A program made the position numbers and the translations under genes. From positions 310,001-374,000 of the forward strand of contig CBFDEM010000040.1 in the NCBI GenBank assembly GCA_965603825.1: a stretch of 64,000 bases of DNA, given 5' to 3'. The notes under the pieces were generated by a model, which saw nothing but the letters and a program-made list of their open reading frames with translations, was not told where the DNA came from and did not search any database. Positions 1 through 13,434 of this stretch are shown here, piece after piece. This stretch comes from Blepharisma stoltei ATCC 30299 (lineage: Eukaryota > Protista > Ciliophora). Position 1 is the first letter of the stretch, and each line of letters starts with the position of its first letter.

Positions 1-177
1 AAGAGAGCGGGAAGAACTTGAGCAGAATTGGAGCAAAAAGTTAGGCAAGAGTTCAAGCAGGAATTTAAGAAATGAAATCGGCTAAATCCGGAATTAAGCT
101 TCACCAAACCAGCTCAATCCTGGCTGAGCACATTCCCACACGCAACCTCTATTGCTCGAGGTCACTGCATAAATTAG
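1..177 (+). CDS. Possible 3' end of a gene entering the window (hypothetical)
   Basis: Frame 1 is open with TGA=Trp up to TAG at 175-177 and is more GC-rich than the following spacer; no recognisable motif. Confidence 0.3.
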
Positions 178-1066
178 ACGTAGGATTAGCCACAAGGATT
201 AAGAGAATAGGTTGGCTCGCCAAATGATTTTTATAGATATAGCTGCTACAAAATTAAGTCTTGGAAGAGGAGAGTTCAATACTTGAATATTAGTGATTGA
301 AAAATATATAATATTTGTAAGAGTTTTCTTATAAGCTTTCAACCAGCTTGAGCGCGATTCTTATTGAGAACTGAAGTCGCATGCACCCAATTGTAAGAAA
401 ACTTTTAAGCCTAATTTTATTGGCTTATATATTATATTGCACTGCCTTGATGTCTTTCTTTCTTTGAATTTTGTCATTGATCGTCTATATAAATATTTCT
501 GGGAATGTTTGGAGGAAAAAACATTAAAAACTCCTTTTTTAGGATTTAAAGTGCGAGCTACAAAAAATATTCAATATTTAAATAAATCGAAAGCTAATTT
601 TATTAAGCTCATAGTCCCTAAACTTTTAAATTTAAATTATAATTAAATTCTTACTCAAATTTTACAAATTGTATATTTATATCTTTGAAAATAAAATTAG
701 AAATAATTATCTACTCAAGTGAGCAAATAATTTTTCTCACTCTTTAAGGCGAAGAAAATAAAAATATTTAAATTTATCATAAAGCTGCTAAGCACATAAT
801 TCCTGCTTTTCTATTTTGATCAAATGCTTGCTAATGTATAAAAATGATTTTAAAATAAATAAAATCAAAATTAATAATAAAGTCAATTCCATAAAGAAGA
901 ATAAAGTATGTGCTGACACTAATAAAATTGCCTTATTGGCAAGAATCTCTAAGAGTTCAAAAACTCCTTTAATTATATTATAATGAAAATTAGTGGACTC
1001 TAGTTATCTTATAGAAATCAATAAACTTATTAAGGATGTCCTTCTTTTAAATTTTTATAATTGCAA

Positions 1067-4000
1067 ATGAGGCATACTCTTATTTATTTCGCCAAGATTT
1101 TACTTGCATACTCCACCTGTTTCCCGTATAATAGCTTCAACTATAGTGGAGCATGCTGATGCAACAAGGACTTTTATTTGGCTGAATCAAAAGTCTGTGT
1201 GGATGGGTGTCCTTCATTATTTATTGATAACTCTGATGGAGCCACGGGTTTTTACTCATGTAAAGCACCCAGTGGTGATACTGCAATCTTATTCACATTA
1301 GAATTCTCAAAAGTCCAAGACTTATCTGCAACTTACATTTCAAACTCTGTCAATTCAGCTGAGCAGTTTAATAATCTAAATTCATACCCATATAATTCTA
1401 CAGGCCAACTACCTCCGCTTCCAACACTTGATCGTGGCTTTTATTTTGCTAAAACGTCAAGCGCAACTAGTAACCAAAACCACGTCCCTGCTCTCTACTT
1501 TACGATAAACATATGAATTAAACCTAAACCACTTGTTTATGGGGAAATTCTTAATGCTATTAATAGTTCAACTCAATATTTAAGGTTTTATGCAAACAGT
1601 TCTGGTGCCTATATACTTGCCCTTGAAATTTATGATTCAAGTAATAACAGAGTAACAGCCACTTGAACTTATAGTATTAATTATACATCATATTGGCAGC
1701 AGTTATCAGTTGTTTTACAGCAAACTACATGCAGCGATGTAGTTGGGACTTTTTATCTTAACGGAGGAACTGGTTCGAGTGCATCTTTAACAAGCACAGA
1801 AGTAAGGTTTAAATCCGCTCTTTCTTATTCATGAATACTTGGGTCTGCGAATGGATTAGACTCCTTTACAGGATTTATTTATTGGCTCCAAGTTAGATTT
1901 GATACAACCCAATATTCTCCAACGATGTCAATATATATTGAATGCTTGAGTAGTCAATATTGAAATGGATCTTCTTGTCAAAACTGTGGCTCAAGCTGCT
2001 CTTCTTGGCCTTGGTGTGTGAGAGGCACTGATTGCAGTATTTGCTATACAAGTGATTGTGGCTCTTGCTCTGGATATTCTCTATCAATGTGCACTGTATG
2101 TACAACAGGTATACTTCCAGGATGTTGTGACATATTTGGGACAACTTGCACTCAAACTTGGTCAAATACTGCATGCTTCAATGGAAAAGTTCTCATTGGA
2201 GGAGTTTGCCTATACGCAACCCCATATGGACTTGAGAATTCCACAACTGTTTCTACGCAGGTTATAACAGCTGACTTTACAGGTCCATTTGCTGGAGTCT
2301 ATGGGTCAGCTTGAATTACAGGCAACAGCTCTTCAAGCTATAACTATTGGAATTCTCCAGAAGTGGCTGACCCATTTCCAGCAAAAAACAGAGGTCTCTA
2401 TTTTAATTATGATCAATATTTGAGTGGGGAAATAGCTCTCTCTCATACTTGAACTATTAGTATGTGGGTTTACCCAATGGGCGGAATAATGATAAGCCAT
2501 TCCTCAAATAATTTTTACATTGATTATGCTGGGACGATGACCTTTACCTTAGAAAAGTGAGATGGAACAACCATGACCAACACCCTTTCTCGCTCTATAA
2601 GTTCAAGTTGGGCATTTATTTCTTTTTCAGTTGAGTTTGCAAATAAAGTGACTACTATTAAGGGTTATATTGATAATATTTCTGGAACGCCTTCAACAAA
2701 TCAAAATTATGTATTTAGACTGCCAGTAGGGATGCTATACCTTGGCAAAGGATCGACAGGATTTAAAGGATATATCGCTTATTTTGTGCTATGGCAAGCA
2801 GCCATTAGTGATTTTTCAGCATTTTTTAGCATTAGTACTTTAACAAATGGATCAGTAGTAGTTTTGTGACCATGCGATTATTTGTATTACTTTGATGGAT
2901 CGAGCAATCTAAATTGTTTATCCTCATGCACAAGTGGCTGCATCAATGGAAGCTCTTGCAATTTGTGTGGCGATCCTTTATGCTCGTGCACATCATTTTC
3001 ATCAGGAGCTTGCACTTCGTGCGTTGCTAACGCTTCTGGTTCTCCCTGTGCTTGCCTAACTGGATATTATCTGAATGTAACTGGACTGCAGCAATCATGC
3101 TCTCCTTGTTATACAGGATGCTCTAACTGTACAAGCTCATCTTATAATTCTTGCACTTCCTGCAATTCAGGCTATTACTTGTACAATAATACTCTCTGCC
3201 TTCTCAATTGCCCTGGAGGATATTTTGGAGATTATAATCAGCGTAAATGCCTCTTCGTTTCAAATATTGAATTTAATGCTACTTTTTATGATAAAATAGA
3301 ACTTGGCCAAGTAGAATGCTTCAAAGTAGGATCAGATTCAGCAAATAAGTACCCTAATTATGATTCTGGAGATCCATATCCAGCATACTTAAGAGGCTAT
3401 TATTTTAATGGCACTACCTATCTTTCTACAAGTATGCTAACTGGCCCATATTTTTCTGTTTCTGTATGGGTAAATATAATAACAGCTGGAACGATTATAT
3501 CTAGAATTTTGAATGGAAATGAAATTTTTTGTTTAGAATTTTTGAGTGGGACGCTATCACCTAAGCTTTCTCTTATGTTGAGCGATAATTCTGTATTATC
3601 GACAGCCATATCAAGCAGCATACTTTCAAACAGTTGAAATTTTGTTGCATTTACTGGGAAAGTTGATACAGGTGGTACATATACAATAAACTCATATTAT
3701 AACGCAGTGAGCTCAACTCCTGCTACCTCTTCAAGCCTTGCTTTTTATCAGGATTTAGCCACTGGCACACTTTATATTGGGACAAAATCAACCTTAACTA
3801 GTGGCTTTTCTGGATTTCTATATAGTATTTGTCTTTTTAACACTGAAACTCTTTACAGCTATGATTTTATTACCTCCGGCTGCACTTCACCATGCACTCA
3901 ATGCTCAAAAGACTTCAATTGTTTTGATACTTGCTCGCTAACGACATTTAGAGATGGATCCTCTTGCACCAGCTGTTTGGGAACAGGAAACTGCAAAGGA

Positions 4001-7000
4001 TGCAGATTTACAGATACTTGTGGACTTTGCAAAACAAAACAATGCTATGATTGCACTTCTTTTTCAGGAAATTGCAACAGCTGTATTGCAAATGCAGGAA
4101 GTGATGGATATGGAGGGTGCCAATGCAATGCAAGTTATTATTGGGAAGCTTCTACAACGACTTGTGAGGCTTGCGATGTACTTTGCCAGAATTGCGTTCA
4201 AGGCAGCAGCTTTGAATGCGAAGCCTGCTACTTTGAAAAAATAACTGTAGGGAGCATATGCTTAAATGACTGTCCGTATGGCTACGATCCTTCTTGTTCT
4301 CCAGTTTCTAGCGCAGTAATTGACCAGATGTTTGATTCTGAATTTAGTGGGAGTTATGGGGATTTTATAACCGGAACATCTTCAAGCACATATCAACCAT
4401 TTAATTCTCCTGAAGCTTACGATCCTATTCCTGCATATAAAAGAGGGCTCTATTTTAATGGGAGTATGAACCTAACATCTTCAACCTCTATTTATCTTTC
4501 TTACGGATTTTCTATGGGGTTATGATTTTATGCAGTTACTAATGGAGATTTGTTAGAGAAACAGTCAAAACTTAAAGTTGGATCAGTAGGATCAGTGTGG
4601 CTAACAGTTGAAAGCACTAAACAAGTAGCAGAAGGGCATATCTTATCAACTTCAACTTTTACTGGATGGACTTATTTTTCATTTACTGTTAATTATGAAT
4701 CAGGGACCTCTAGTCTTGATCTTTACCTTAATGGAAATTTTGCTGGAGGAACCATTTTTGCAAATAAAATTTTTCGAGACCAAGCATCAACGTATATGCA
4801 GATAGGGAAAAGCAGCAGTTCTGGGTTCACTGGGTTTATTTATTATTTCCAGCTGTGAAATGTCCCACTTTCATCATTTTCTACGATTTTTAATAGCTTT
4901 TCATTTTGTGGATCTGGACAGGGATCTTCGTGCTTATGAGCCTGCGATATTTCAGCTTTTAAAAATGAATCCACATCCAGTTGCAGTAATTGCAATTCAT
5001 GCTCTAATGGATGTGTTAGAGCGAACGACTGCAATCTCTGTGATGATCAATTATGCTCTGTTTGCGGTGGCTTTGATCCGGGAAAATGTTCAACTTGCGT
5101 CCCCAATGCGTCACCAAGCTTAAATGGCTGTGCATGCAATTCAGATTATCAAAAATCAAATGATGGTCTTTCATGTGTAAAATGTGCGGCAGGATGCAAA
5201 AATTGCTCTGGAAATGGATTTTATCAATGCACAAGCTGTCTTAGTGGCTGATTCTTTTTAGACATTCAATGCCTAGAATCTTGCCCTACAGGATATACTC
5301 AAAACTCAACAACAAACAACTGTGATTATTCTGGCTCAGCAGTATCACTAAATTTTTCTAATTTAATTGTGCTAGACACTCTTTGGTGATGAAATGTCGG
5401 CTCTGAAGTAAACTCATACCCAATCTACGATGCCAATGATCCTTATCCTGCATATTTAAGGGGCTACTATTTCTTACCAGGCAAATATCTAACGAACAGC
5501 GTTACTCTTCCCCCTTCCTTTTCCATTTCTATCTGAATCCAACCTATAGGAGATGGCTATATTATAGGCAAATATATGGCAGGAAATACATGATATGTAA
5601 AAATTATAGAAACTTCAGGAAATCCAAAGCTTTCCCTTACCCTTTTAGATAAGCAAACAACTCTTTCTAACAAAGTAAGCACTAATATCCTCAATTCAGG
5701 TTGGGTTTTTATTTCATTTGACTGTGCAATAAACTCTAATGGGATAACGACAATAACTTCTTATCTAAATGGCAACCAACAAATTCAAACATCAACTTCT
5801 GATAATTCACTTTATCTTTTGGATAGTCCGTCAGATGTTTATATTGGTGATGGCTCAATGTCTGGGTCTACTATGCCTGGGTTTACTGGATTCTTATGGA
5901 AATTTACTATTTACCCTCAAAACAACAACGCATTAACTGATTTTCAAAACACTGGCTGCTTGAGCAGCTGTACAATATGCCCAGCTGATTTAAGCTGCCC
6001 AGACAACTGCCCAATATCTGAATATTTTGATGGCACATCTTGTGCTGCTTGTATTGCATCTGCTGACAAAGGATGCAGAAGTTCAAGTTTTAGCAGACTG
6101 TGCCGAGCCAAAGAATGCGCCACTTGCACAGAGTTTACTGGGGATAATTCATGCATAGACTGCATTACAAATGCTAGTAAAGATAGCATTGGGGAATGCA
6201 CCTGTAATTCTGATGCTTTCTGGGTGTCTGAATCAGAAACTTGTGAATTTTGCGATGCTCTTTGCTCAACATGTTTACAAACTGCTTATTTTGAATGCTC
6301 TGCCTGTAAGATGAACTATCAATTGGTAGGTAGTATTTGCTTAAATGGCTGCCCTTATGGGTTTGAAGCCCCCTGCGTATCAGTATCAACACCTGTCATT
6401 AATTTGTCTTTTAATTCTGGTTTTCAAGGCTCATATGGCATTTTAAATGCAGGAACAAACTCATCATCATTCTCTCCTTTTAATAGTCCAGAAACAGTTG
6501 ATCCGATTCCTGCATATCAGCGAGGTTTATATTTTAACGGAGACATGTATTTATTATCTTCAGTACCTGTTTTGCTTTCACATAGCTTTACAGTTGGAGC
6601 ATGACTTTATTCAATTGTTTCCAATGATTGACTAGAAAAGCAAACTCAAAAACTCACTTTTTCTACACAAGGTACTGTTAATGTTCAGATGGAAGACCCT
6701 ATGCAAGTCATAAACCTTAAAACTTTAAATTCAGCAACCCCCCTTTTTGAGTGAAACTATTTAGCAATCACCTTTGAGTATGTTTATGGAGTTACAACTA
6801 TAAAAATTTGTCTTAATAATGAATGTTTCATCGAAAATCCTTTCTCAAATGCAGTATTTAGAGATCTTACATCTTCAAACTTAATGATTGGCAAAAGCAG
6901 CAACTCTGGTTTTACTGGATTTATTAGTTCTTTCACTCTATGAAATATTCCAATTACTGATCTTTCAAGCATCATTAATGACTTTGTATGTGGCACAGGA

Positions 7001-10000
7001 CAGGGCTCCAATTGTTTAATATCTTGCGACTTATCAAAATATTGAGATGGGAGCACGTGCACGGCCTGCAACTCATGTAGCACTGGATGTGTTAGAGCTG
7101 GAACATGCAATATTTGCAATGACCCCTTGTGCTCGATATGTACAGGATTTGGCTCTGGGGCATGCACTCAATGTGCTGGAAATGCAAGTGGAGCTCCGAA
7201 TGCGTGCGTATGTAATGGAGGATATTGACTGCACTCATTAGCTTGCATACCATGCGAAAATTTTTTGAATCAGACAAGCGTGTCTGCTGGTTTTGATAGC
7301 AGCTATTCAAAAATTCAATTTAACTTCACTATTCCAGCTAATGCTTCGCCTAAATGTTGTTCTTGCTTATTTGACGCTCAAACTTTGCAGAGTTTTGGAT
7401 CTGGATATACGTGCTCTTACGCAACAGATTATAGTAGTTTGACAGTTTATCTAGGGCAAGGTTATACAATTTCCAAAGAAAGTATAGCATTTTTATCAGG
7501 ATTCTTAAAAAATTCTGATTTGGTTTGTGGAAATCCTCCAACCAATTTTTCAGTCCCAATTTCTCTTCCAAGTCCGATTCCAAGTCCAAGCTTTACATTT
7601 TCAGCTCCCAAAACCCTCTCAATTCTCTGTGAGACCTTAAAATTGACTGCAGTTATTGGAAATGATCTGCCATATGAGCAATTCAAGTGGACATTTTCTT
7701 CAGCCCCTGCTAATGCAGCCATATCCGCATACTCCACTCAATATAGCAATACTTATAGTGATATCACAATTCCTAAAAGTTCACTTTTTGACAGCATTAT
7801 ATTTGCATCTTTTGCAGCAAAGAATAACTTTGGTACTGAAATTTCAGTTTCCCAATCTATAAACGTGACTTCATCACTATTTTTGACTATAAATTTCAAT
7901 ACTTTAGAATCTACATATATTTCTCGACTGAAGTCATTTTCTATATCTATTTCATCGATTCAAGCTTGCACAATCTCTAGCAGCATTAGTGTCACTTGAA
8001 GCATTGGACTGGTTACTAATAACATTACAAGCATAGATGAAGTGTCATTGAGAGGCAACCAGACTTCTCAAAATGTATTGATTATTCCTCCAAAAGTTCT
8101 ACCAGCTTCAACTAATATCACATTTATATTCCGCGCAAAAGACTTGGTTTATCTATCTGAAGGAGAAGCAAGTGTGATGGTACAAACTGACGTGTCTGAT
8201 CCTGTCATTTTGTTCAATCGAACTGATGGGCCGGCAGGGGTTAGTCAAGATTTATTAATTGATGCTGGCAGTTCTTATGATCCTGATGGCAAGTCACAGC
8301 TCAGTTTTGAATGGTTGTGTGTATATAATGCAGCTGATTGCTCGACTTTTATTTCAAATCCGTTAAGTTCACTTATGAAAATTTCAGCGAATTCACTTTC
8401 TTCAGGGATCACTTATAACTTCACTCTAATTCTGACTAAAACTACCCTGAATCCGATAAGTACAACAATAAAAGTATCTAAAAGTATATATATAACGTCT
8501 CAGCAAGGTACCGTTCCATCTGTAAATATAGTAGAAATTGGAAACTCAAACGTAGGGATTGTGAATCCTGACTTGGCATATCGCGTCCAAGCTCAAGGAT
8601 CGTTCACTTCAATTCTTTGATCAGCCAAAGGAGATCTGCCTATTTTGTTTTCAAGCCCTTTAATTTATGCTGACCTTGTAATTGCACAAAATTCATTGTT
8701 GGCAGGCTCAAAGTACACTTTAGAAGCTCTAATAAATCAAAACTTTGTATTTACCTGAACATTCTATGTGAATCAAGGACCAAAAGGTGGAAGTTTATCT
8801 GTAACTCCAAGTTCAGGATATGAAATGACGACACAATTTTCAATTGAAGCATTAAATTGGGTAGATCCTGAAGATAACATTCCGATCCAGTATGCATTTG
8901 GCTATACTATTAGTGATATCTACCAAGTTATTAGCTCAAAAAACACCTCTTCCTTGATTTATTCAACTTTTCCTTACTCAAGCAAACAAATAATGATATC
9001 CGTAGACGTTTATGACTCTCTATTATCCAAAGTGACAACGTTTCAAGGCATTACCGTATCGTATCAGGCAGATGCAAACGTTGACCAATATGTAGATGAC
9101 GTAAAATCTCAATTAAATTCGCCCGATTTAAACCCGATTTCAATTCCCAAGCTCGTTTCTGATCTCTCTTCACTATCATTAAATAGGAATTACATTGTGA
9201 ATGGAGATTATTCAACAGTAGATCAGCAGATTCAGGACTCATACAACATAGCTATTGATAAAATATCATCCTATACACAAAACACAGATCCTTATGACCC
9301 GAATACCTATACAACCGTCTTCAGTATGCTAAAAGTTATTACTTCAAATCCAAGCATTAACAGTTATGATAATATCGCAAAGGTGGCTGATATAATCAAG
9401 GAAGTTGTTAGCAGCCTGGATGGGAAGGTCCAGCTAGATGATACACAAGTTCAAACCTTCATTGGAATTTGCAATAATAACTTCCAAGTCAACAGCAGTT
9501 CAGTATCAAATCAAACAGACTCCATATCTTCGATTGAAGGCAATATAAAAAGTGTTGGCTCTGCTTTACTAAATGGAATGTCATCAAGAGAAAGCAAACT
9601 TTTCCTTGATGAAAAAATCAGTGTTGAGTTGTCAAAGCAGCCAAATTCTGTACTCTCGAATTTTTCGTCAGAAATTATGGGAGCTTCAATAACTTTAGCA
9701 TCAAACACAGAAAGTTTTATCAGTAATGACTATGTGGGCACAAGCTTCGTGCTATATGACCCTATTCCTGGCGGTGCAAATGCGAGTTTTTCTTTAGTTT
9801 CTTTTACTCTTACAGATTTATCAACCCATGATGCTATCCCATTAAACAATACGAGTTATAACTATATTTCAATCCCAGTTGAATTTATAAATAACAGCTC
9901 TAATGCAACACTAAATTGTTCTTATTTAGAAGAAGGTCTGTCTAAATGAAAAACAGATGGATGTGTTTTAGATTCGTTCAATACTACTGTTATCATTTGC

Positions 10001-11062
10001 AAGTGCAGCCACTTATCAATTTTTTCAGCGTTTTTTGGAGGTGCTGCAAGTACTGCCCAGTCAAGTAATATTGGGGATACAGTGAACGTTAACGCTTTTT
10101 CTTCAATTGACTGAGATACTAACGCAATTGGGCTCTATTTTTGTGCAGCGCTTTTGATTTTCTATATTGTCCTAACCATGCTAGCATGCAAGCTCGATAA
10201 AAAGGAAGCAGAAGAAGAGCTCGATATAATAAAGGGTGCAGCAGCAGCTGAAGATATCTCAAAAAAGCCTGATGAATTAACAGAAAGATCTGAGGATATG
10301 ACTTACAGGACAGATGATTCGATTGCTCACAATTTCCGTCACAAAATAGGCTATGATCCTACTATCCATTCAACAGAGCAAAATACAAGTCAAGAAATGA
10401 GTAGGGCTGATTCTATAGCGTCTATTCAAGTTGAAAATATTGATGTCAAACCAACAAAGAAAAGGATGAGCTTTTTTGAATTTGTTGGGAAAAATCACGA
10501 TTTTATCAGCATTTTTTTACCCGATAGTCAATTTTCTCATAGCGTGCGAGTAACCGCATATACTGTTTCCTTGCTCGGGAATATGTTTTTTATAGGACTG
10601 TTTTATCAAGATGGAGAACAAAAAGATGACGACAGTGATAGCATGAATTTCAGTGAAGCGATTAACAACTATTCATTTCGAGACTTTTGGGTTATGGTAT
10701 ATTCTACAGGTATCATGATCCCGATAGCTATTATTTTGAGAATTTTAGCAAAAAGAAATATTAAAGAGTATAAAGATCCAAAAAAGCAGAACAAAATAAA
10801 GAAAAGGGAGAAGTGGAAAAAATTCGGATTTTTCATGCTATCATGGAGCCTTATGGGGTATTTTTGCTGGTCTATTATATTATTTTCTATTCAATTCCAG
10901 CTGAGTCTTACATATAAATGGATTTGCAACACAAGTGTTAGTTATGGCTCTGATATTTTTGTAATGCCATTTGTTAAAATGCCAATTAAAGTCTTCTTTG
11001 TATGACTATTCACCAAGCTAACGATGGCTCTTGGATTTTCAAGCTCAAAAGACAAAAAATAA
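1067..11062 (+). CDS. Giant (3331 aa) polycystin-1-like surface receptor: signal peptide, 6x (LamG-like + Cys-rich furin/EGF-like) modules, REJ, GAIN/GPS, 5 TM
   Basis: The ORF-track fragments at 1178, 2018, 2573, 2882, 3707, 4550, 5819, 7265, 8042, 8768 and 10154 share one frame and end in TGA; the gaps I translated contain only TGA. ATG at 1067 (MRHTLIYFAKILLAYS), TAA at 11060-11062. REJ motifs DAGSSYDPDG..LSFEWLC and NQGPKGGSLSVTPSSG; GPS CSYL..WKTDGC...CKCSHLSIF; five hydrophobic helices. Confidence 0.9.
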
Positions 11063-11237
11063 TTGGAATAGGCTATTTTACCTAATCTAATAAAAGTATT
11101 TTATTTTTAAAAAAATGCATTTAAATTATTAGCATAAATATAATTATTAGTATATTATATAGTATGAAAGCTCTAAATAATAAAATATTAGCTAAAGGCT
11201 CAGTCCTATAAAAAAACTAAAGATAATAATTGTTTAT

Positions 11238-12551
11238 TTAAGATAAATTAAGTCCTTTGGCCAGTATTAAAAGCAGCTCTCTATCAACTGATTTCAAATG
11301 TTCATATATTGTTTTCCTCATTGCTGCCGCATATGAAAAAATTATCTTTTCCCTTTGTGTTTTTGCATTTTTCCTATCCCTTTCTACTTGTCTTAAGCTT
11401 ATCATATTCTCAACTCTTGGAATTATTTGCTTTCTATAGCTCCATAAAGTTTGAATGAAAGCATGCTTTTCATTTTCTTCTTGGATTTTTTCATAAAATT
11501 CATGAAGGCTTTCTGTTTCAGGGACATCAAATATTGCATTTTGTAGCCATTTGATGCTGAAAAGCTTAATCAAATTTTTGTTCGGCTGGCCTGGATATAA
11601 TCTATAGTTGCAGCTATTTTCTGATGCTTTATACTCAAAACAAGCAACATCAGAAAATGTCAAAATCATAAAATCATTTGGATTTTCTTCAATTACAAAC
11701 CCAAAGGCTGTTAATAAGTCAAAATTATTTAGCCCAGAGTTATATTGATAGAAAAACTCATTCCCTGCAGATTGATTCCATCCTGCTACTATGGCAAATG
11801 CAGGAACTGGAGTATGTGTCCATATAACAACTCGGCCCTTAAAAGTAGAAGACCTTGGCTGATACCAATGGTTAGCTAAATCTAAGAGTGATATCATAAC
11901 AGAAAGCTCTTCTTCATCTTTGTATTCATCATCATCTATAGTAATTTGAAACAGTTTTAAAATTGTATCTTTAGAGAAGTTATATGATCGGCTCTTAACC
12001 ATTGATGCAGCTCATAAGTAGGCATCATATTCTAATGCTTCTTTAGGGACTCCAATTAGCTTGCCTACCCTGTGAATAAAGTTATTGTGACTCTCAGTAA
12101 GATTTTTTGTTATAACTTCTCTGGGAAGGCTATATAAGTCATATTTATGAAATAATGCAAATTCTTCATCGCTTCAGAAGTCTGGAGTGTCAATATCTAC
12201 AGGCAATGAATGGATGTATTCTGTGATGAAATTTCCTCTTTTCCCTATAAATTTTTCATATAAGATCCTCGCAACTAGTTTTTCATAGGAAGGCAGGCCT
12301 TTTAAGTAAGGACTGAACTCAAAAGGCTCGATACTGCATAAAGACAGTACCGGCGCACTTTTGAGAACAATATCACCTTCGTGCACATCTGAATTTAATT
12401 TAATTCCAAGCCCGCGTCCCTCAAAATAAGTAATTGTATGGTTCATTGAATTGATTTCTAAGGCTTCGTAGAATTTTAGAAGTCCTTCAGGAGTAGATGT
12501 GACGGGAACTGCTTGAGCTGAAGCTAGGAAAGCCAAAACTAGAGTTAGCAT
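11238..12551 (-). CDS. SET-domain (Rubisco-LSMT/SETD3-like) lysine methyltransferase with N-terminal signal peptide
   Basis: Two same-frame ORFs joined through TGA; motifs GRGLG, YLWAASMVKSRS, LLDLANH, NFDLLTAFGF..NPND; N-terminus MLTLVLAFLASAQA. Confidence 0.8.
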
Positions 12552-12727
12552 TATAATCACAATATAATGAATTTTTATAATAAAATATGAATTTTTAAGT
12601 ACTATACCCTTCTTCTTTTGCTATTTAGCAACTACTAATCTAATCTTAATATTAAGAGCCAGATCTCAGATCAAGAAAACCCATTTATATAGAATTATTA
12701 AAACTTGATAGTTATTTTCTTTCATAT

Positions 12728-13351
12728 TTACCACCAATCATCGATATCTAAATCATCCAGTTTTTCTTTGAAAAGGTTCACTAAATTCGTATAAGCTTCT
12801 TTTAAATTGTTGTGTGCAGCAAAACTCATAAAGGTATCCATTACTAGACAAGTAAACGATGTAGCAACTGCTCTGAACTTAAGCGGGACTACTAGGAATA
12901 GCATAAATGACATAGGAACCCAATAAAAGAAATTTGCCAGCATTGCTAATTCATAATCCCTTTCAAATTTTTCCTTGAGACTGTCTTTTCTGTTTTCTAA
13001 TATTCACGTGTATCTCATAAAAGCTGTGATTTCTATAGGCTGATAGAGCGTCTGGTCAATCATGGCTTTTCAAAATGACGTAATAACAGCCTGATGAGAT
13101 CCCAAAAAGCGATCAAGGAATGGGTATCAAAGTATAGCTTCGACAGCAATTTCAAGCCCTCCATAAGAAGTGACTGTAAAGGCTCTTCTTTTATTATACC
13201 GTTGATTTGGCCCTTCAAGGTATGCCTGAGAAATATAATCGCCGATTCCAGCAATCAAACATCCACCGAAAACTCTATATGGGATTTACTGCATTGTAAG
13301 TGGGCGTATGTCTACTTGGTTAGCGTATCATATCCATACCTTTTTAAGCAT
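12728..13351 (-). CDS. Mpv17/PMP22 family membrane protein (15-nt intron 13275-13289)
   Basis: Spliced translation MLKKVWIWY...RPLTMQ..GIGDYISQ..WYPFLDR..KAMIDQTLYQP..NFFYWVP..VVPLKFR; intron GTAAATCCCATATAG removes an in-frame TAA. Confidence 0.85.
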
Positions 13352-13434
13352 CTAGTTATCACGGTTAAAATTATTTTTATATCATAAGGATTTTCATTTA
13401 ACTCTAGAATAGAGTTTAGAGAACTAATAATTGC

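Noticed and set aside
1067-11062. A cluster of many small Cys-rich genes, or a stop-riddled pseudogene
   Set aside because: All fragments share one frame and are broken only by TGA at Trp-type positions
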